This document shows, piece after piece, positions 36,446 through 49,600 of a stretch of 64,000 nt of DNA. The notes below the pieces were generated by a model. That model ran no database searches. It was given only the letters and a program-made list of their open reading frames with translations, and was not told the origin of the DNA. A program made the position numbers and the translations under genes. The DNA comes from Eledone cirrhosa. Lineage: Eukaryota. The stretch is from NCBI GenBank assembly GCA_964016885.1, contig OZ024744.1, positions 29,140,001 through 29,204,000 of the forward strand, written 5' to 3'. Positions within the stretch are counted from its first letter, which is position 1; each line of letters begins with the position of its first letter.

Positions 36446-39400
36446 GGGAAGAAGACACACGAGGTGGTAGAAGGTCATGAAATCACTCCCGTAAGTTTTG
36501 AATTTTTAACATATTTAAATCATTTGTGAAATAACAACTCTTAGTACAAATGCTACGTAAAGCATCCGGCTTGAGCCCCAAAAAAATTCTGACCCAAAAT
36601 ATATTGTTATAAGGCTCAAATATTCAAATATTCAACTTTGTATTGTACATTGTATATTCAAAAAAGAAAATGGCTATAAATGGAAGAAGAAGAACCCCCC
36701 CCTCCTCTGTCTACACTATATAGAATAGCCAAACAACACCAATCTCACCAACACCAGAAACTAGATACACCACCTACCCCATCACCTCTCTGTGTACACT
36801 AAACACAGCAGCCAGATAACGGCCACTGCCATCATTACTACCAGTATCCCATCACCGCCGCCACCACTCCTTCATTGCTACCACCGCTACAACACCATCA
36901 CTACAGTAATACGATCACATCACCACCACCACTGCCTCAGTATCGACATCACCACCACCACTGTCTCAGTATCGCTACCGCCGCTATTCTCTCCCATTGC
37001 TTCCTGCTAGTTGCTGCCACCACATTATAGAATTCCAACTAAAAAAAAGGAAGGCATCAAAATATGTAGATAGACTCAAAAGGAAAAACAAACATTAAAA
37101 CCAAAGCGGCACAGCAACAACAACAAAAAAAAAGGGAAAAACAAACAGAGAAAAACAAAAACAAAAAAAAACGTAAAGAACATAAGAATGAAGAGAGAAA
37201 CAAGCGGACGGACAGAGAAGAGAGGGGATAAACTAAGTCAGACATTCGAACACTACATTACAATGAAACTTATGCTTATTCATTTTGGGGTTTTTTTCTG
37301 CCTGTTTGTTTGTTTGTTTATTTGTGTTCGCCTACAGCGTGGTGATAATGCCACACAAGAGCCAAGTGGAGCGGCGCAACCACCGGAGACGGTGAATCCA
37401 CAGATGATTATGTAACCATACATTCGCCAATCCTGTATAAGAGTGTTTAAATATCGAACCTAAACAGTTCGAATAACGGTGAAATGGAGATTAGAACGTC
37501 ATGTGACAGACTCTCACCCAACAGGTGCTCCCTGGCTCAGCAGCAGGAACCTGGCTGTCAACCAAATACTGCTGGTGTCGGAGGAAGAAGAAGAAGGAAA
37601 GGGACCAGAACCAACTGGACGAAAGAATTGAATAGAACTGTTATGCAATGTTACCTGAAAAGTAACCCCAAGGAGAGGGGCTATAGGAGACGAATGCATA
37701 ACATCTGGAACGAGATTGGTCTATTTAAATTAGATGAACAAAAATTGGCCGGCAGGCTCGGGTAATAAGAACTAATGGGTGGATAAGCGAGCTGGAACTG
37801 GAGGAACTGAGCAGAGAGATTAGCTTGGAGATGGAGGGTGGAGTATGCCAGGTAAACGAGCCAGTGGGAAATAAAGGTGAGGAGGTCGAGAGAACGGAGG
37901 AACCACCCGAAGCAGACAATGATCTGAATGCTGAGATAAATAATACCTGGAACAGAGATACGGCCACTGAGGAGATGAATGCTGACGGGCTAGGACATGA
38001 TTCGGTTGACATCCTAAATTTAGTGGTAGATGAATTGAACAATGATAGTGGGAGACCTATGAACCTAAGATTTGTAGACAGGAAAAAGTTAAAAAAACAA
38101 CAGCTAAGGTAAACAAAGTCATCCCATACCTTGAGGTGAGGAGCCTTCACCAGTGCAACAATATCCTCAAAGCGACAGCAAATACGGTGAGGAAACTACT
38201 TGGTATAAAAGCGAGAGGAAACAACAGACAAGAAAGAGCAGAGCCTTGGTGGAAGAAACGACTGAGTGGTAAAATCAGGGAAATGAGAAATGACATTGGA
38301 AAGCTTGAGTCACTACTGAATGGGACACTAAAAGACATAGGCACTAAAAATAGACTGGAAATAAAGTACAAAACTAGGAGGAAAAAGCTAAATATTATCA
38401 TAGAGGAACCGAAGCAACGCATTGTAGCAAAGAGTGCAAAAATCAGGCGATACGAGAACAGAGTCAGTCAGTATAAACAGAACCGCATGTTCGACAACAA
38501 CCAGAAGATGCTGTTTGGACAGCTTGAAGGGAAAGAAAGAGGCAACGACTTGATCCTTGAGGCGGAACAAACTAAAACATTCTGGAGAGAAATATGGGAG
38601 CAGGATGTTAGACATAATGACCAGGCAGGGTGGATTGAGACAATACAGAGGGAGATCGGTGAGCAGGCACACCAACAAACTGATTTGAGTATCACAGTTG
38701 AAACTCTTAAGGGGCAGGCCAAAAAGCTAACCAACTGGAAATCACCAAGCCCAGATGGTGTGCAGGGGTATTGGATTAAAAATATAACATCCCTCCACCC
38801 GAAACTGACAACCATGTTCAATGACTGCTTGATATCAGGTGAGGTACCAGAGTGGTTGAAAAAAGGTACCACAGTTCTGATAATGAAAGACCGAATCAAG
38901 GGTAATGATGTTACCAACTATAGACCTATCACATGTCTGTCCGTAATGTGGAATCTGTTGATGAGCATTGTGTCTGAGGAAATCTACCATCACCTCCACA
39001 CAAACAACTTGTTACCGGACGAACAGAAAGGATGCCGAAAGAAGTCACGTGGTACAAAGGACCAGTTACTTATTGATAAGATGGTAATGGGGAATTGCAG
39101 GAGGAGACACACTGATCTTGCCATGGGATGGATAGACTACAGAAAGGCATTTGACATGGTGCCTCATTCTTGGATCACCAAAAGCCTGGAGATCTTCAAG
39201 GTGGCAGATAACATCAGACAGTTGTTGGGCAAGAGTATGAGGTCCTGGGAAACAGAGTTGACTTCAACTGGAGAATCCTTGGGAAGCGTGAAGATCAAAA
39301 GAGGTATCTTCCAGGGAGATAGCCTGTCCCCTCTGTTGTTTGTCCTTGCCATGATGCCCCTGACCAGTGTACTGCGAAAAGTGAGAGCAGGAAACGGGTT

Positions 39401-41088
39401 GGGAAATGGAGGGATTACCATCAATCACCTCCTCTTCATGGACGATCTTAAGCTCTTCGGGAAGAGTGAGAAGGAGTTGGATGTGCTTGTTGACACTGTC
39501 CGTATTTTCAGCAGTGATATATGTATGCAGTTTGGTATTAGTAAGTGTGGAGTCATTGTGATGAGGAGGGGTAGGTTGAGCAGAAGTAACGGAATCCAGA
39601 TACCAACAGGTGAGATGATAAAGGAAATTGACTCTGAGGAAGGATACAAGTACTTGGGCGTTCTGGAGGCTGATGGCATAAAGAACAAAAGAATGAAGGA
39701 ATTGTTAAGAACTGAATACATTCGGAGAGTAAGGGGCGTATTGAAGTCACATCTGAACAGCAGAAATGCCATAAGCGCAGTAAATTCCCGAGCTGTATCT
39801 ATTATTAGGTACAGTGCGGGAATTCTGAGATGGAATGCTGCTGAACAAAAAGAAATGGATAGGAAGACTAGGAAGCTATTGACTATCTACAACATGTTCC
39901 ACAAGAGGAGTGATGTCGATAGACTCTACCTAAGGAGATCTGAGGGTGGAAGAGTTCTTATCAGCATAGAGGACTGTGTTCAGATGGAGAAAAACAACCT
40001 ACACAAATACGTGACTGATAGTAAGGAGCCAATGCTCAGAACTGTACTGAAGGAGGGGACAATAGGCCAGGGGATGTCCAAGGAGGAAATAACTGTTTCT
40101 ACATTAGGCACAAGGCCAGCAATTAGCCAGTGCATTACTGGTACTTTATTTTATCGACCCCGTAAGGATGAAAGGCAAAGTCAACCTCGGCGGGATTTGA
40201 ACTCAGATCGAAAAGGGACGTAACTATGCTGGAAAGCATGGCGTCCGACCCTCTACCGATACTGCCAATCCACCGTCCAAGGAGGAAATAACATCAAGGA
40301 GAAAGAGCAGCCTTCAGGAAAAATCCCTTCATAGTACCTTCTTTGAGAAAACTGAATTTAGAGATCCACAGACATGGAACTGGTTAAGAAGAGGAGACCT
40401 TAAAAAGGCTACAGAAGGAATGTTAATGGCTATGCAGGAGCAGGCCCTCAAAACGAAGTGGTTGAAACACCATATTTACAAGGAGGAGGCTAGCCCACTG
40501 TGCAGGATCTGTGGAGAGAGAGAGGAGACTGTGGCTCACATTGTATCCGAGTGTAAACACCTAGCCCAGACCCACTATAAGGGCTGGAGACATGATGTGA
40601 TGGGCAGGGTGATCCACTGGCACCTGTGCAAAGTAAACAATTTACCATATTCTGAGAAATGGTATGAGCATAAGCCAGAGGCGGTGATGGAGAACGATCA
40701 GGTGAAGGTGCTGTGCGATTTTAGGATACAGACGGACAAGAAACTGGAACACAATAGACCTGACCTGGTGGTTGTGGACAAAGAAAAAAGATCGTGTCTG
40801 ATTGTGGATGTGTCCTGCCCATTCGAAACGAGAGTGCAAGAGAAGGAGAGGGAGAAAATTAACCGATACCAGGACTTAAAGTGGGAGGTAAAAAGGATTT
40901 GGAACTGCCATGAAGTCAAAGTGATCCCGATTGTCATAGGCGCACTGGGGACTATCTCCAAAGGTTTCCAGGGATGGTTAAAGAAAATTGGCCCCTTCAC
41001 GCTTTTTGGAACGCTTCAAAAGGCATGCTTGCTGGGAACAGCAAGAACCCTCCGATACGTCCTGAATATCTGAGGCTGCAGGTAGTGG
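36446..41088 (+). mobile_element. Older full-length family B copy B9: frameshifted, SINE-interrupted, 3' tail lost
   Basis: Diverged version of the B4 leader. ORF pieces 37484-37765, 37825-38112, 38136-40093 and 40420-41073. Confidence 0.92.
40094..40274 (-). mobile_element. tRNA-derived SINE with Meta-type central core and 18-bp TSD (40076-40093 / 40275-40292)
   Basis: A box TGGCAGTATCGG, B box GAGTTCAAATCC, core GCCTTTCATCCTTACGGGGTCGATAAAATAAAGTACCAG. TSD GTCCAAGGAGGAAATAAC. Confidence 0.9.
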
Positions 41089-44000
41089 TCCATTTAAATT
41101 AGATGAACAAAAACTGGCCGGGCAGGCTCGGGTAATAAGAACTAATGGGTGGATAAGCGAGCTGGAACTGGAGGAACTGGGCAGAGAGATTAGCTTGGAG
41201 ATGGAGGGTGAAGTATGCCAGGCAAACGAGCCAGTGGGAAATGAAGGTGAAGAGGTCGAGAGAACGGAGGAACCACACGAAACAGACAATGATCTGAATG
41301 CTGAGATAAATAATACCTGGAACAGAGATACGGCCACTGAGGAGATGAATGCTGACGGGCTGGGACAAGATTTAGTAGATATCCTAAACTTAGTGGTAGA
41401 TGAATTGAACAATGATAGTGGGAGACCTATGAACCTAAGATTTGTAGACAGGAAAAAGTTAAAAGAAACAACAGCTAAGGTAAACAAAGTCATCCCATAC
41501 CTTGAGGCGAGGAGCCTTCGCCAGTGCAACAATAACCTCAAAGCAACAGCAAATACGGTGAGGAAACTACTTGGTATAAAAGCGAGAGGAAACAACAGAC
41601 AAGAAAGAGCAGAGCCTTGGTGGAAGGAACGACTGAATGGTCAAATCAGGGAAATGAGAAATGACATTGGAAAGCTTGAGTCCCTACTGAATGGGACACT
41701 AAAAAACATAGACACTAAAAATAGACTCGAAATAAAGTACAAAACTAGGAGGAAAAAGCTAAATATTATCATAGAGGAACTGAAGCAACGCATTGTAGCA
41801 AAAAGTGCAAAAATCAGGCGATACGAGAACAGAGTCAGCCAGTATAAACAGAACCGCATGTTCGACAACAACCAGAAGATGCTGTTTGGACAGCTTGAAG
41901 GGAAAGAAAGAGGCAACGACTTGATCCCTGAGGCGGAACAAACTAAAACATACTGGAGAGGAATATGGGAGCAGGATGTTAAACATAATGACCAGGCAGT
42001 GTGGATTGAGACAGTACAGAAGGAGATCAGTGAACAGGCACGCCAACAAACTGATTTGAGTATCACAGTTGAAACTCTTAAGGGGCAGGCCAAAAAACTA
42101 ACCAACTGGAAATCACCAGGCCCAGATGGTGTGCAGGGGTATTGGATTAAAAACATAACATCCCTCCACCCGAAACTGAGAACCATGTTCAATGACTGCT
42201 TGATGTCAGGTGAGTAGTTGACAAAAGGTACCACAGTTCTGATAATGAAAGACCGAATCAAGGGTAATGATGTTACCAACTATAGACCTATCCATGTCTG
42301 TCCGTAATGTGGAAACTATTGACAAGCATTATGTCTGAGGAAATCTACCATCACCTCCACACAAACAACTTGTTACCGGACGAACAGAAAGGATGCCGAA
42401 AGAAGTCACGTGGTACAAAGGACCAGTTACTTATTGATAAGATGGTAATGAGGAATTGCAGGAGGAGACACACTGGTCTTGCCATGGGATGGATAGACTA
42501 CAAAAAGACATTTGACATGGTGCCTCATTCTTGGATCACCAAAAGCCTGGAGATCTTCAAGGTGGCAGATAACATCAGGCAGTTGTTGGGCAAAAGTATG
42601 AAGTCCTGGGAAACAGAGTTAACATCAACTGGAGAATCCTTGGGAAGCATGAAGATCAAAAGAGGTATCTTCCAGGGAGATAGCCTGTTCCCTCTGTTGT
42701 TTGTCCTTGCCCTGATGCCCCTGACCAGTGTACTGCGAAAAGGATACGGGTTGGGAAAGGGAGGGCTTACCATCAATCACCTCCTCTTCTTGGACGATCT
42801 TAAGCTCTTCGGGAAGAGTGAGAGGGAGTTGGGTGTGCTTGTTGACACTGTCCGTATTTTCAGCAGTGATATATGTATGCAATTTGGTATTAGTAAGTGT
42901 GGAGTCATTGTGATGAGGAGGGGTAGGTTGAGCAGAAGTAACGGAATCCAGATACCAACAGGTGAGATGATAAAGGAAATTGACTCTGAGGAAGGATACA
43001 AGTACTTGGGCGTTCTGGAGGCTGATGGCATAAAGAACAAAAAAATGAAGGAATTGTTAAGAACTGAACACATTCGGAGAGTAAGGGGCGTATTGAAGTC
43101 ACATCTGAACAGCAGAAATGCCATAAGCGCAGTAAATTCCCGAGCTGTGTCTATTATTAGGTACAGTGCGGGAATTCTGAGATGGAATGTTGCTGAACAA
43201 AAAGAAATGGATAGGAAGACTAGGAAGCTATTGACTATCTACAACATGTTCCACAAGAGGAGTGATGTCGATAGACTCTACTTAAGGAGATCTGAGGGTG
43301 GAAGAGTTCTTATCAGCATAGAGGACTGTGTTCAGATGGAGAAAAACAACCTACACAAATACGTGACTGATAGTAAGGAGCCAATGCTCAGAACTGTACT
43401 GAAGGAGGGGACAATAGGCCAGGGGATGTCCAAGGAGGAAATAACATCAAGGAGAAAGAGCAGCCTTCAGCAAAAATCCCTTCATAGTACCTTCTTTGAG
43501 AAAACTGAATTTAGAGATCCACAGACATGGAACTGGTTAAAAAGAGGAGACCTTAAAAAGGCTACAGAAGGAATGTTAATGGCTGCGCAGGAGCAGGCCC
43601 TCAAAACGAAGTGGTTGAAACACCATATTTACAAGGAGGAGGCTAGCCCACTGTGCAGGATCTGTGGAGAGAGAGAGGAGACTGTGGCTCACATTGTATC
43701 CGAGTGTAAACACCTAGCCCAGACCCACTATAAGGGCTGGAGACATGATGTGATGGGCAGGGTGATCCACTGGCACCTGTGCAAAGTAAACAATTTACCA
43801 CATTCTGAGAAATGGTATGAGCATAAGCCAGAGGCAGTGATGGAGAACGATCAGGTGAAGGTGCTGTGCGATTTTAGGATACAGACGGACAAGAAACTGG
43901 AACACAATAGACCTGACCTGGTGGTTGTGGACAAAGAAAAAAGATCGTGTCTGATTGTGGATGTGGCCTGCCCATTCGAAACGAGAGTGCAAGAGAAGGA

Positions 44001-44300
44001 GAGGGAGAAAATTAACCGATACCTGGACTTAAAGTGGGAGGTAAAAAGGATTTGGAACTGCCATGAAGTCAAAGTGATCCCGATTGTCATAGGCGCACTA
44101 GGGACTATCTCCAAAAGTTTCCAGGGATGGTTAAAGAAAATTGGCCCCTTCACGCTTTTTGTAACGCTCCAAAAGGCATGCTTGCTGGGAACAGCAAGAA
44201 CCCTCCGATACGTCCTGAATATCTGAGGCTGCAGGTAGTGGCTTGATATTCATTTCAACAAACTTTCCAGTTAAATAACATCAATGACTGAGACTCAAAG
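41086..44300 (+). mobile_element. Degenerate family B copy B10; tail 44301-44321
   Basis: ORF pieces 41195-42217 and 42307-44226. Confidence 0.92.
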
Positions 44301-44321
44301 AACAATAATAATAATAATAAT

Positions 44322-45380
44322 GATTTCTTTATTGGCCACAATGGCTGACATCAAGAAAAACATTACAGACGGCACAGGACGGTACAGGACGGTACGATGT
44401 GTGTTTTGTGCGTGTAAATATTTTCATTATTCATATAATAAAAGAAAAAAAAGACATATAAACATATATATATATATAAACAATAAAAATGAAAATTGAA
44501 ACAATAAAAAATTCCCCAATAGGGGGGAAAACCTCCGAGGGTTACTCGTGGCGAAAACCACTCAAAGACCACGGCCATCCTGACCACCATGGCAAGCGCC
44601 CTCTCTCAATTTTTCCATTTCTTAAACTACAGGCGTATATTTAGAGCGGTCCCGTTCACTCGGACCATTCTCGCTACATTCACCCACCTTTCAACAAACT
44701 TGCTAGAAGGCAGCACTTGCCTCTCCACCCTGATTTTCCTCTTCAAGTGAAACTTGAAAAAGTTAATTAGGGATTCGCTGAAGAGGAAAGTGTCTGTCTT
44801 TAACCCTTTCAACCTTGTCCACCACACAATCTCTTTCGCCATGGCCACCAGGCAGATGAAAACCGCCTGCCCTTCCTCCTCAAAGGAAGACGGCGAGACC
44901 TCTGCACAATGGACTCAGTCGATAACCGGATCAGTCCTACACGCGACAGCAATTGTTCGACATAGCTCCACAAGTTAGCAATGCTCGGACACTGAACGAG
45001 TGCGTGCATGACGGTTTCGTCGCTCTGCGCGCATCTGGGACAGGCTCGGCTGACAGCACTTCCGTGCCTATAGAGCTTATCTCGAACCGGCAACGCTCCC
45101 CGGTAGCTCTGCCAGGCCAGGGATTTTTGGAAGTTATACATAGGCCCTGGGCTGAAAGTTCTCCGGAAGAGAGCAAAGAGCTGATCTTCTTCGACGCCCA
45201 GGATCTCTCCGAGAACGTCGTCGCTCTTCCCCTCCTTTAGTCCTCTATAGAACGCCGAGGTGGATGTTCCACCGATACTGGTGCCCAGCTGGCAGAGGGT
45301 AGTGAGCGGCTGGAGACATTCCAGTTTCCAAGCGCTATCCTCGGTCTTTTCCTGACCCAGGACTGCAGCTTTTGGAGCAA
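44322..45380 (-). mobile_element. 3' fragment of a further Tx1-like subfamily (T4)
   Basis: ORFs 44809-45141 and 44627-44848 match the ORF2 C-terminus. AATAAAGAAATC+(ATT)n end. Confidence 0.88.
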
Positions 45381-45630
45381 GGCCAGCAATTACCCAGTGT
45401 ATTACTGGTAATTTATTTTATTGACCCCGTAAGGATGAAAGGCAAAGTTGACCTCGGTGGGATTTGAACTCAGAATGGCAAGGGTCGCAACTCTATGCTT
45501 GAAAGCATGGCGTCCGACCCTCTACCTATACTGCCAATCCACTAATAATAATAATAATAATAATTGTTCCTACTTTAGGCACAAGGCCAGCAATTATCCC
45601 AGTGTATTACTGGTACTTTATTTTATCGAC
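45381..45630 (-). mobile_element. Two partial copies of the same SINE (45381-45542; 45564-45630) within (AAT)n
   Basis: Match to 40094-40274. Confidence 0.8.
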
Positions 45631-45863
45631 AATAATAATAATAATAAATGTTTAATAATAATAATTCACTTCTGCTAACCATTTTCTGTCAGTATTTCCA
45701 CAATACTTCATTCAACCGGGGTAAACCATAGTAAAATGTAACCAATCTAATCAATCATGTAAAGGAGGTGTGGTAGGATTGGGTGGGGGATTGGGGTGAC
45801 GGGGTTGGAGTGAATGGGAAGAAAGGAGAATGTTTGTGTACACAACTAGAAATCATTAGCAGA

Positions 45864-46616
45864 TATTGACAGACATACACATATACACACATATATACCA
45901 CACACACATATACACTCAATCACAAGTGCACACGTATACACGCACACATATTCACAGATATTCCACACACACATATAAACACATATACCACACACATATA
46001 TACGCATATATACCACACACACATATATATACACACATAAATACACAGATATATACCACACACACATATATACACTCATATATACCACACACGCATATAT
46101 ATACGCACATATATACCACACACATATATACACACAGATATTCCACACACATATAAAAACATATACACAGATATTCCACAGACACATATACACAAACACA
46201 CATACACACACACATACAAACTTATATACACGCATATATACACATACTTCACACCCTCATATATACATGCACATACACTACACGCGCACGCACACATACA
46301 CACATACTCCACACCAACATATACACACACATACACATATACACGCACATATGCACATACATACACATATACACGCACATGTGCATATACACACTCACAG
46401 AGAGATACACACATACGCATATTCACTCACACAGATGAGCACACAGACACACACCTACATATATACCCCCGTACACACATACTCACATACACACACATAC
46501 ACACACATGCACAAACACACACACGAAATTAACAGAAAGAGAGTAACATACATAAATTCATACATACATACATACATAAAAACATACATACATACATACA
46601 TACATACATACATACA

Positions 46617-46648
<32 letters not shown>

Positions 46649-46652
46649 CACA
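45864..46652. repeat. Degenerate (CA/TA)n tract ending in (CATA)n
   Basis: Directly visible. Confidence 0.95.
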
Positions 46653-49600
46653 CAGTCAACGCGATCAGTCGCATATTTTGGCGTGGGAGACTATTTATTA
46701 AATTTAAGATGAATACTATCTCCGACAGTAATGCCACAACTACAGTCATGTTGAATAACTGTTTATTCTTCTAACTATATCTACTGAAGACACCTTTTAT
46801 TCGAATTCGTAGAGATATCCGACTAAATACATAATTCATTTTACAAAGATTTTCTACAAACAGCATGGCTGAACACAACATCAACAAAAAAATTAAGGAA
46901 GTACCGAAGACAAATAACAAAGAAGGTAATCAAACTTTATTCAGTTGTAGCTACAGAAGAAACCGCAATTATAAATCGCATTTCTCTTGGAGTTGCGAAC
47001 TTAATAATGATTTATTTAATTGTTATAAAATGGCAAAAAACAATCCCTCCATTGGCTATATGAATAGAATGAAGCTACACTGGGACGAAATGCACCCAGA
47101 GCTAAATTATTTCACAGCGAAACAATTACGCCAACAAGCGACGTTTGTTGAACGTAAAAATAAGATAAATATTATTAATTGTAAGTCCCTCACAACAAAA
47201 ATGTTATCAATAACACGTGTTACATGTCGCCATGCTACTAGACTTCCTAGCAGCCAGGTCGAACAGCGCCTTGAAACAACTATGCCTGTAAGAAACTTGA
47301 CACCACATGTACCATCTAAGTCTACCTCGAATGCTGGGGAAAACACTATCGATAATAATAATAATCTAAGAAATTTGACACCACGTGTACCATCCGAGTC
47401 TACCTCGATTGTTGTGGAAAATACTTTCGATAATGATAATCAAAAGTATAAACAATTGAAAATTTCCCTCAACGAAATCTTCCAGAGAGAAATTAACTCA
47501 TGTATAAATATCTCTCTTGCTGAACGAAATAAAACAACAATATTTAATTTTAAAAAAACAAATAATGAAATATTACGTGTTATTAACGAGATAGGGGATG
47601 AATATTTACGACGGATAAAAACCCCAACATTTTGGCAAATCAACGCCTGTTTATATGCTTTAGCAACGGCAGTAAAGCATTATCTTGGTGATAGCAGAGA
47701 TATTAACAAGAACAAAACACCTCCAAAAATACCATCATATATAACTAAAATAGAAAAAAAGATTGCTGACCTACGAAAAAATATAGGACATGTGACAATG
47801 CTCCTTACAGGCAAACAAACACACAAAAAAACTCATTCCTCCCCAACAAAAGAAGGTAGATGAAAGAAAAGTGCTTAATAAAAGATTCAGACGAAACCAA
47901 ACATCAGTCCATAGAGATATGAAGGGCAAAATAATAAGTGTCACTGAAGCCCTATCCCAGAAAGACATTCCTTTTGGAGAAAAATATGGGGTGAAAAGAA
48001 GAATTTCAACCAAGGTGCAGTGTGGCTAAAAGAAATCCAAAAGAACTATTGCTCCTACACTACAACAAAAACATACGAAATAAGTGAGGGTACCCTTGAG
48101 ACTGTGATAGGAAAACTCCAAGATAAGAAAACACCAGGAAGAGACATGATTGTCGGCTACTGGTAAAAAAAACTGATATTCTATCGGAGGTATCTTACTG
48201 ACCTCTACCAATTAGTTCTTAAGGGAGATACACTTATACCAGAATGGTTAACATTAGCACAAACATTACTGGTCCCCAAGAACAAAGACACCCACTTGGC
48301 AAAAAGCTACCGACCCATTGCTTTCCAGAGCCTGATGTATAAGATGTATACAGCCTGCCTGAACCTATTCCTCCAAGATCACTGTGAAAATAATAACATC
48401 ATCACAGATGAACAAGCAGCTGGAAAGAAAGGTGTTTGGGGATGTGCTGAACAACTCCTAATCAACAAAACTGCTATTTCGGAGGTGCGACAACTTAGGA
48501 GGAATATGGCTACAGTCTGGCTGGACTACAGGATCGATTTCGATTCCGTTCCCCACTCTTGGATGATAGAGGCCCTCCAACTGGCTGAAGTCCCAGACAT
48601 TATTATCAGAGCCATAGAGAGGCTGTCTTCTTGGGCTACTATCTGAAAGTTAAAGAGAGAGAAGGAGGACTCTATTTTCACTGATAAAATAAAATATCGC
48701 AGGGGTATATTTCAGGGAGACAGTCTCTCTGTGATATTATTCATCCTGTCATTAAATCCCTTGTCCTTTCTGCTCAAGAAATGTGAAGAAAACATCATTG
48801 GCTCACAGGAGGACAGAAATACGAACCTAACTCATAATTTCTTTGTGGATGATCTGAAATTCTATGCCAAGAACATGGATGGGATGAAGAAAACTCTTGA
48901 CCTGGTTACAACGTTCTCAAAGGACATAGGAATGGAGTTTGACCAAGGTAAATGCTCATATATGACTATAAAGGGGAGAAAAACAACAACCCAATCTAGC
49001 AACATTGTCATCAATGGCCTAACTGTTTCACCGATATCTGATGAGGACTGATACAGATACCGGGGGATAGATGAGAACATATCCTATAATAGTATCTGTA
49101 ATAAGGAACGCGTAACCAAGGAATACTACACCCTATTAAGAAAGATATGGTCATCGGAACTCTCTGCGAAAAACAAAACAGTGGCTCACAATGTGTTTGC
49201 TGTGCCTGTCCTAACACCAACGTTTGGAATACTCAATTGGACGATAGACGAAATCCAAGCAGTTGATGTTAGAACTCGAAAAATACTAAACAACACCGGA
49301 AACCTCCACATGAACAGTGACATAGACCACCTTTACTTGAAACGTAAGCAGGGAGGCAGAGGCCTAACATCAGTCCAAACAGCATTTGAATGTGGCATTA
49401 TATCCCTCTGACATCTACGAACCTCGAAGCGTAGGAGCCCGTTTCTCGAGCAAGTCTATCTGCATGAAACAGATAAGATCATGAGAGTTGGGAAGGAACT
49501 CCCCGATAGATATTCCCTGTGTGATAATCAAAACTCACACCCAGGGATGTCGCTCAGCAGTATCGCAGTGAATCCATGGATGAAAAACTGCATGCTTATC

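Noticed and set aside
40160-40274. tRNA gene
   Set aside because: The A and B boxes belong to a SINE with a TSD; no cloverleaf
1885-44321. Repeat-spacer periodicity suggestive of CRISPR or telomere arrays
   Set aside because: The spacers are retroelements, the repeats are variable-length AAT, and no cas genes or TTAGGG arrays are present
45846-46749. Cys/Val/Tyr/His-rich ORFs (also at 59.1-60.3 kb and 62.6-63.5 kb)
   Set aside because: Dinucleotide repeat artefacts
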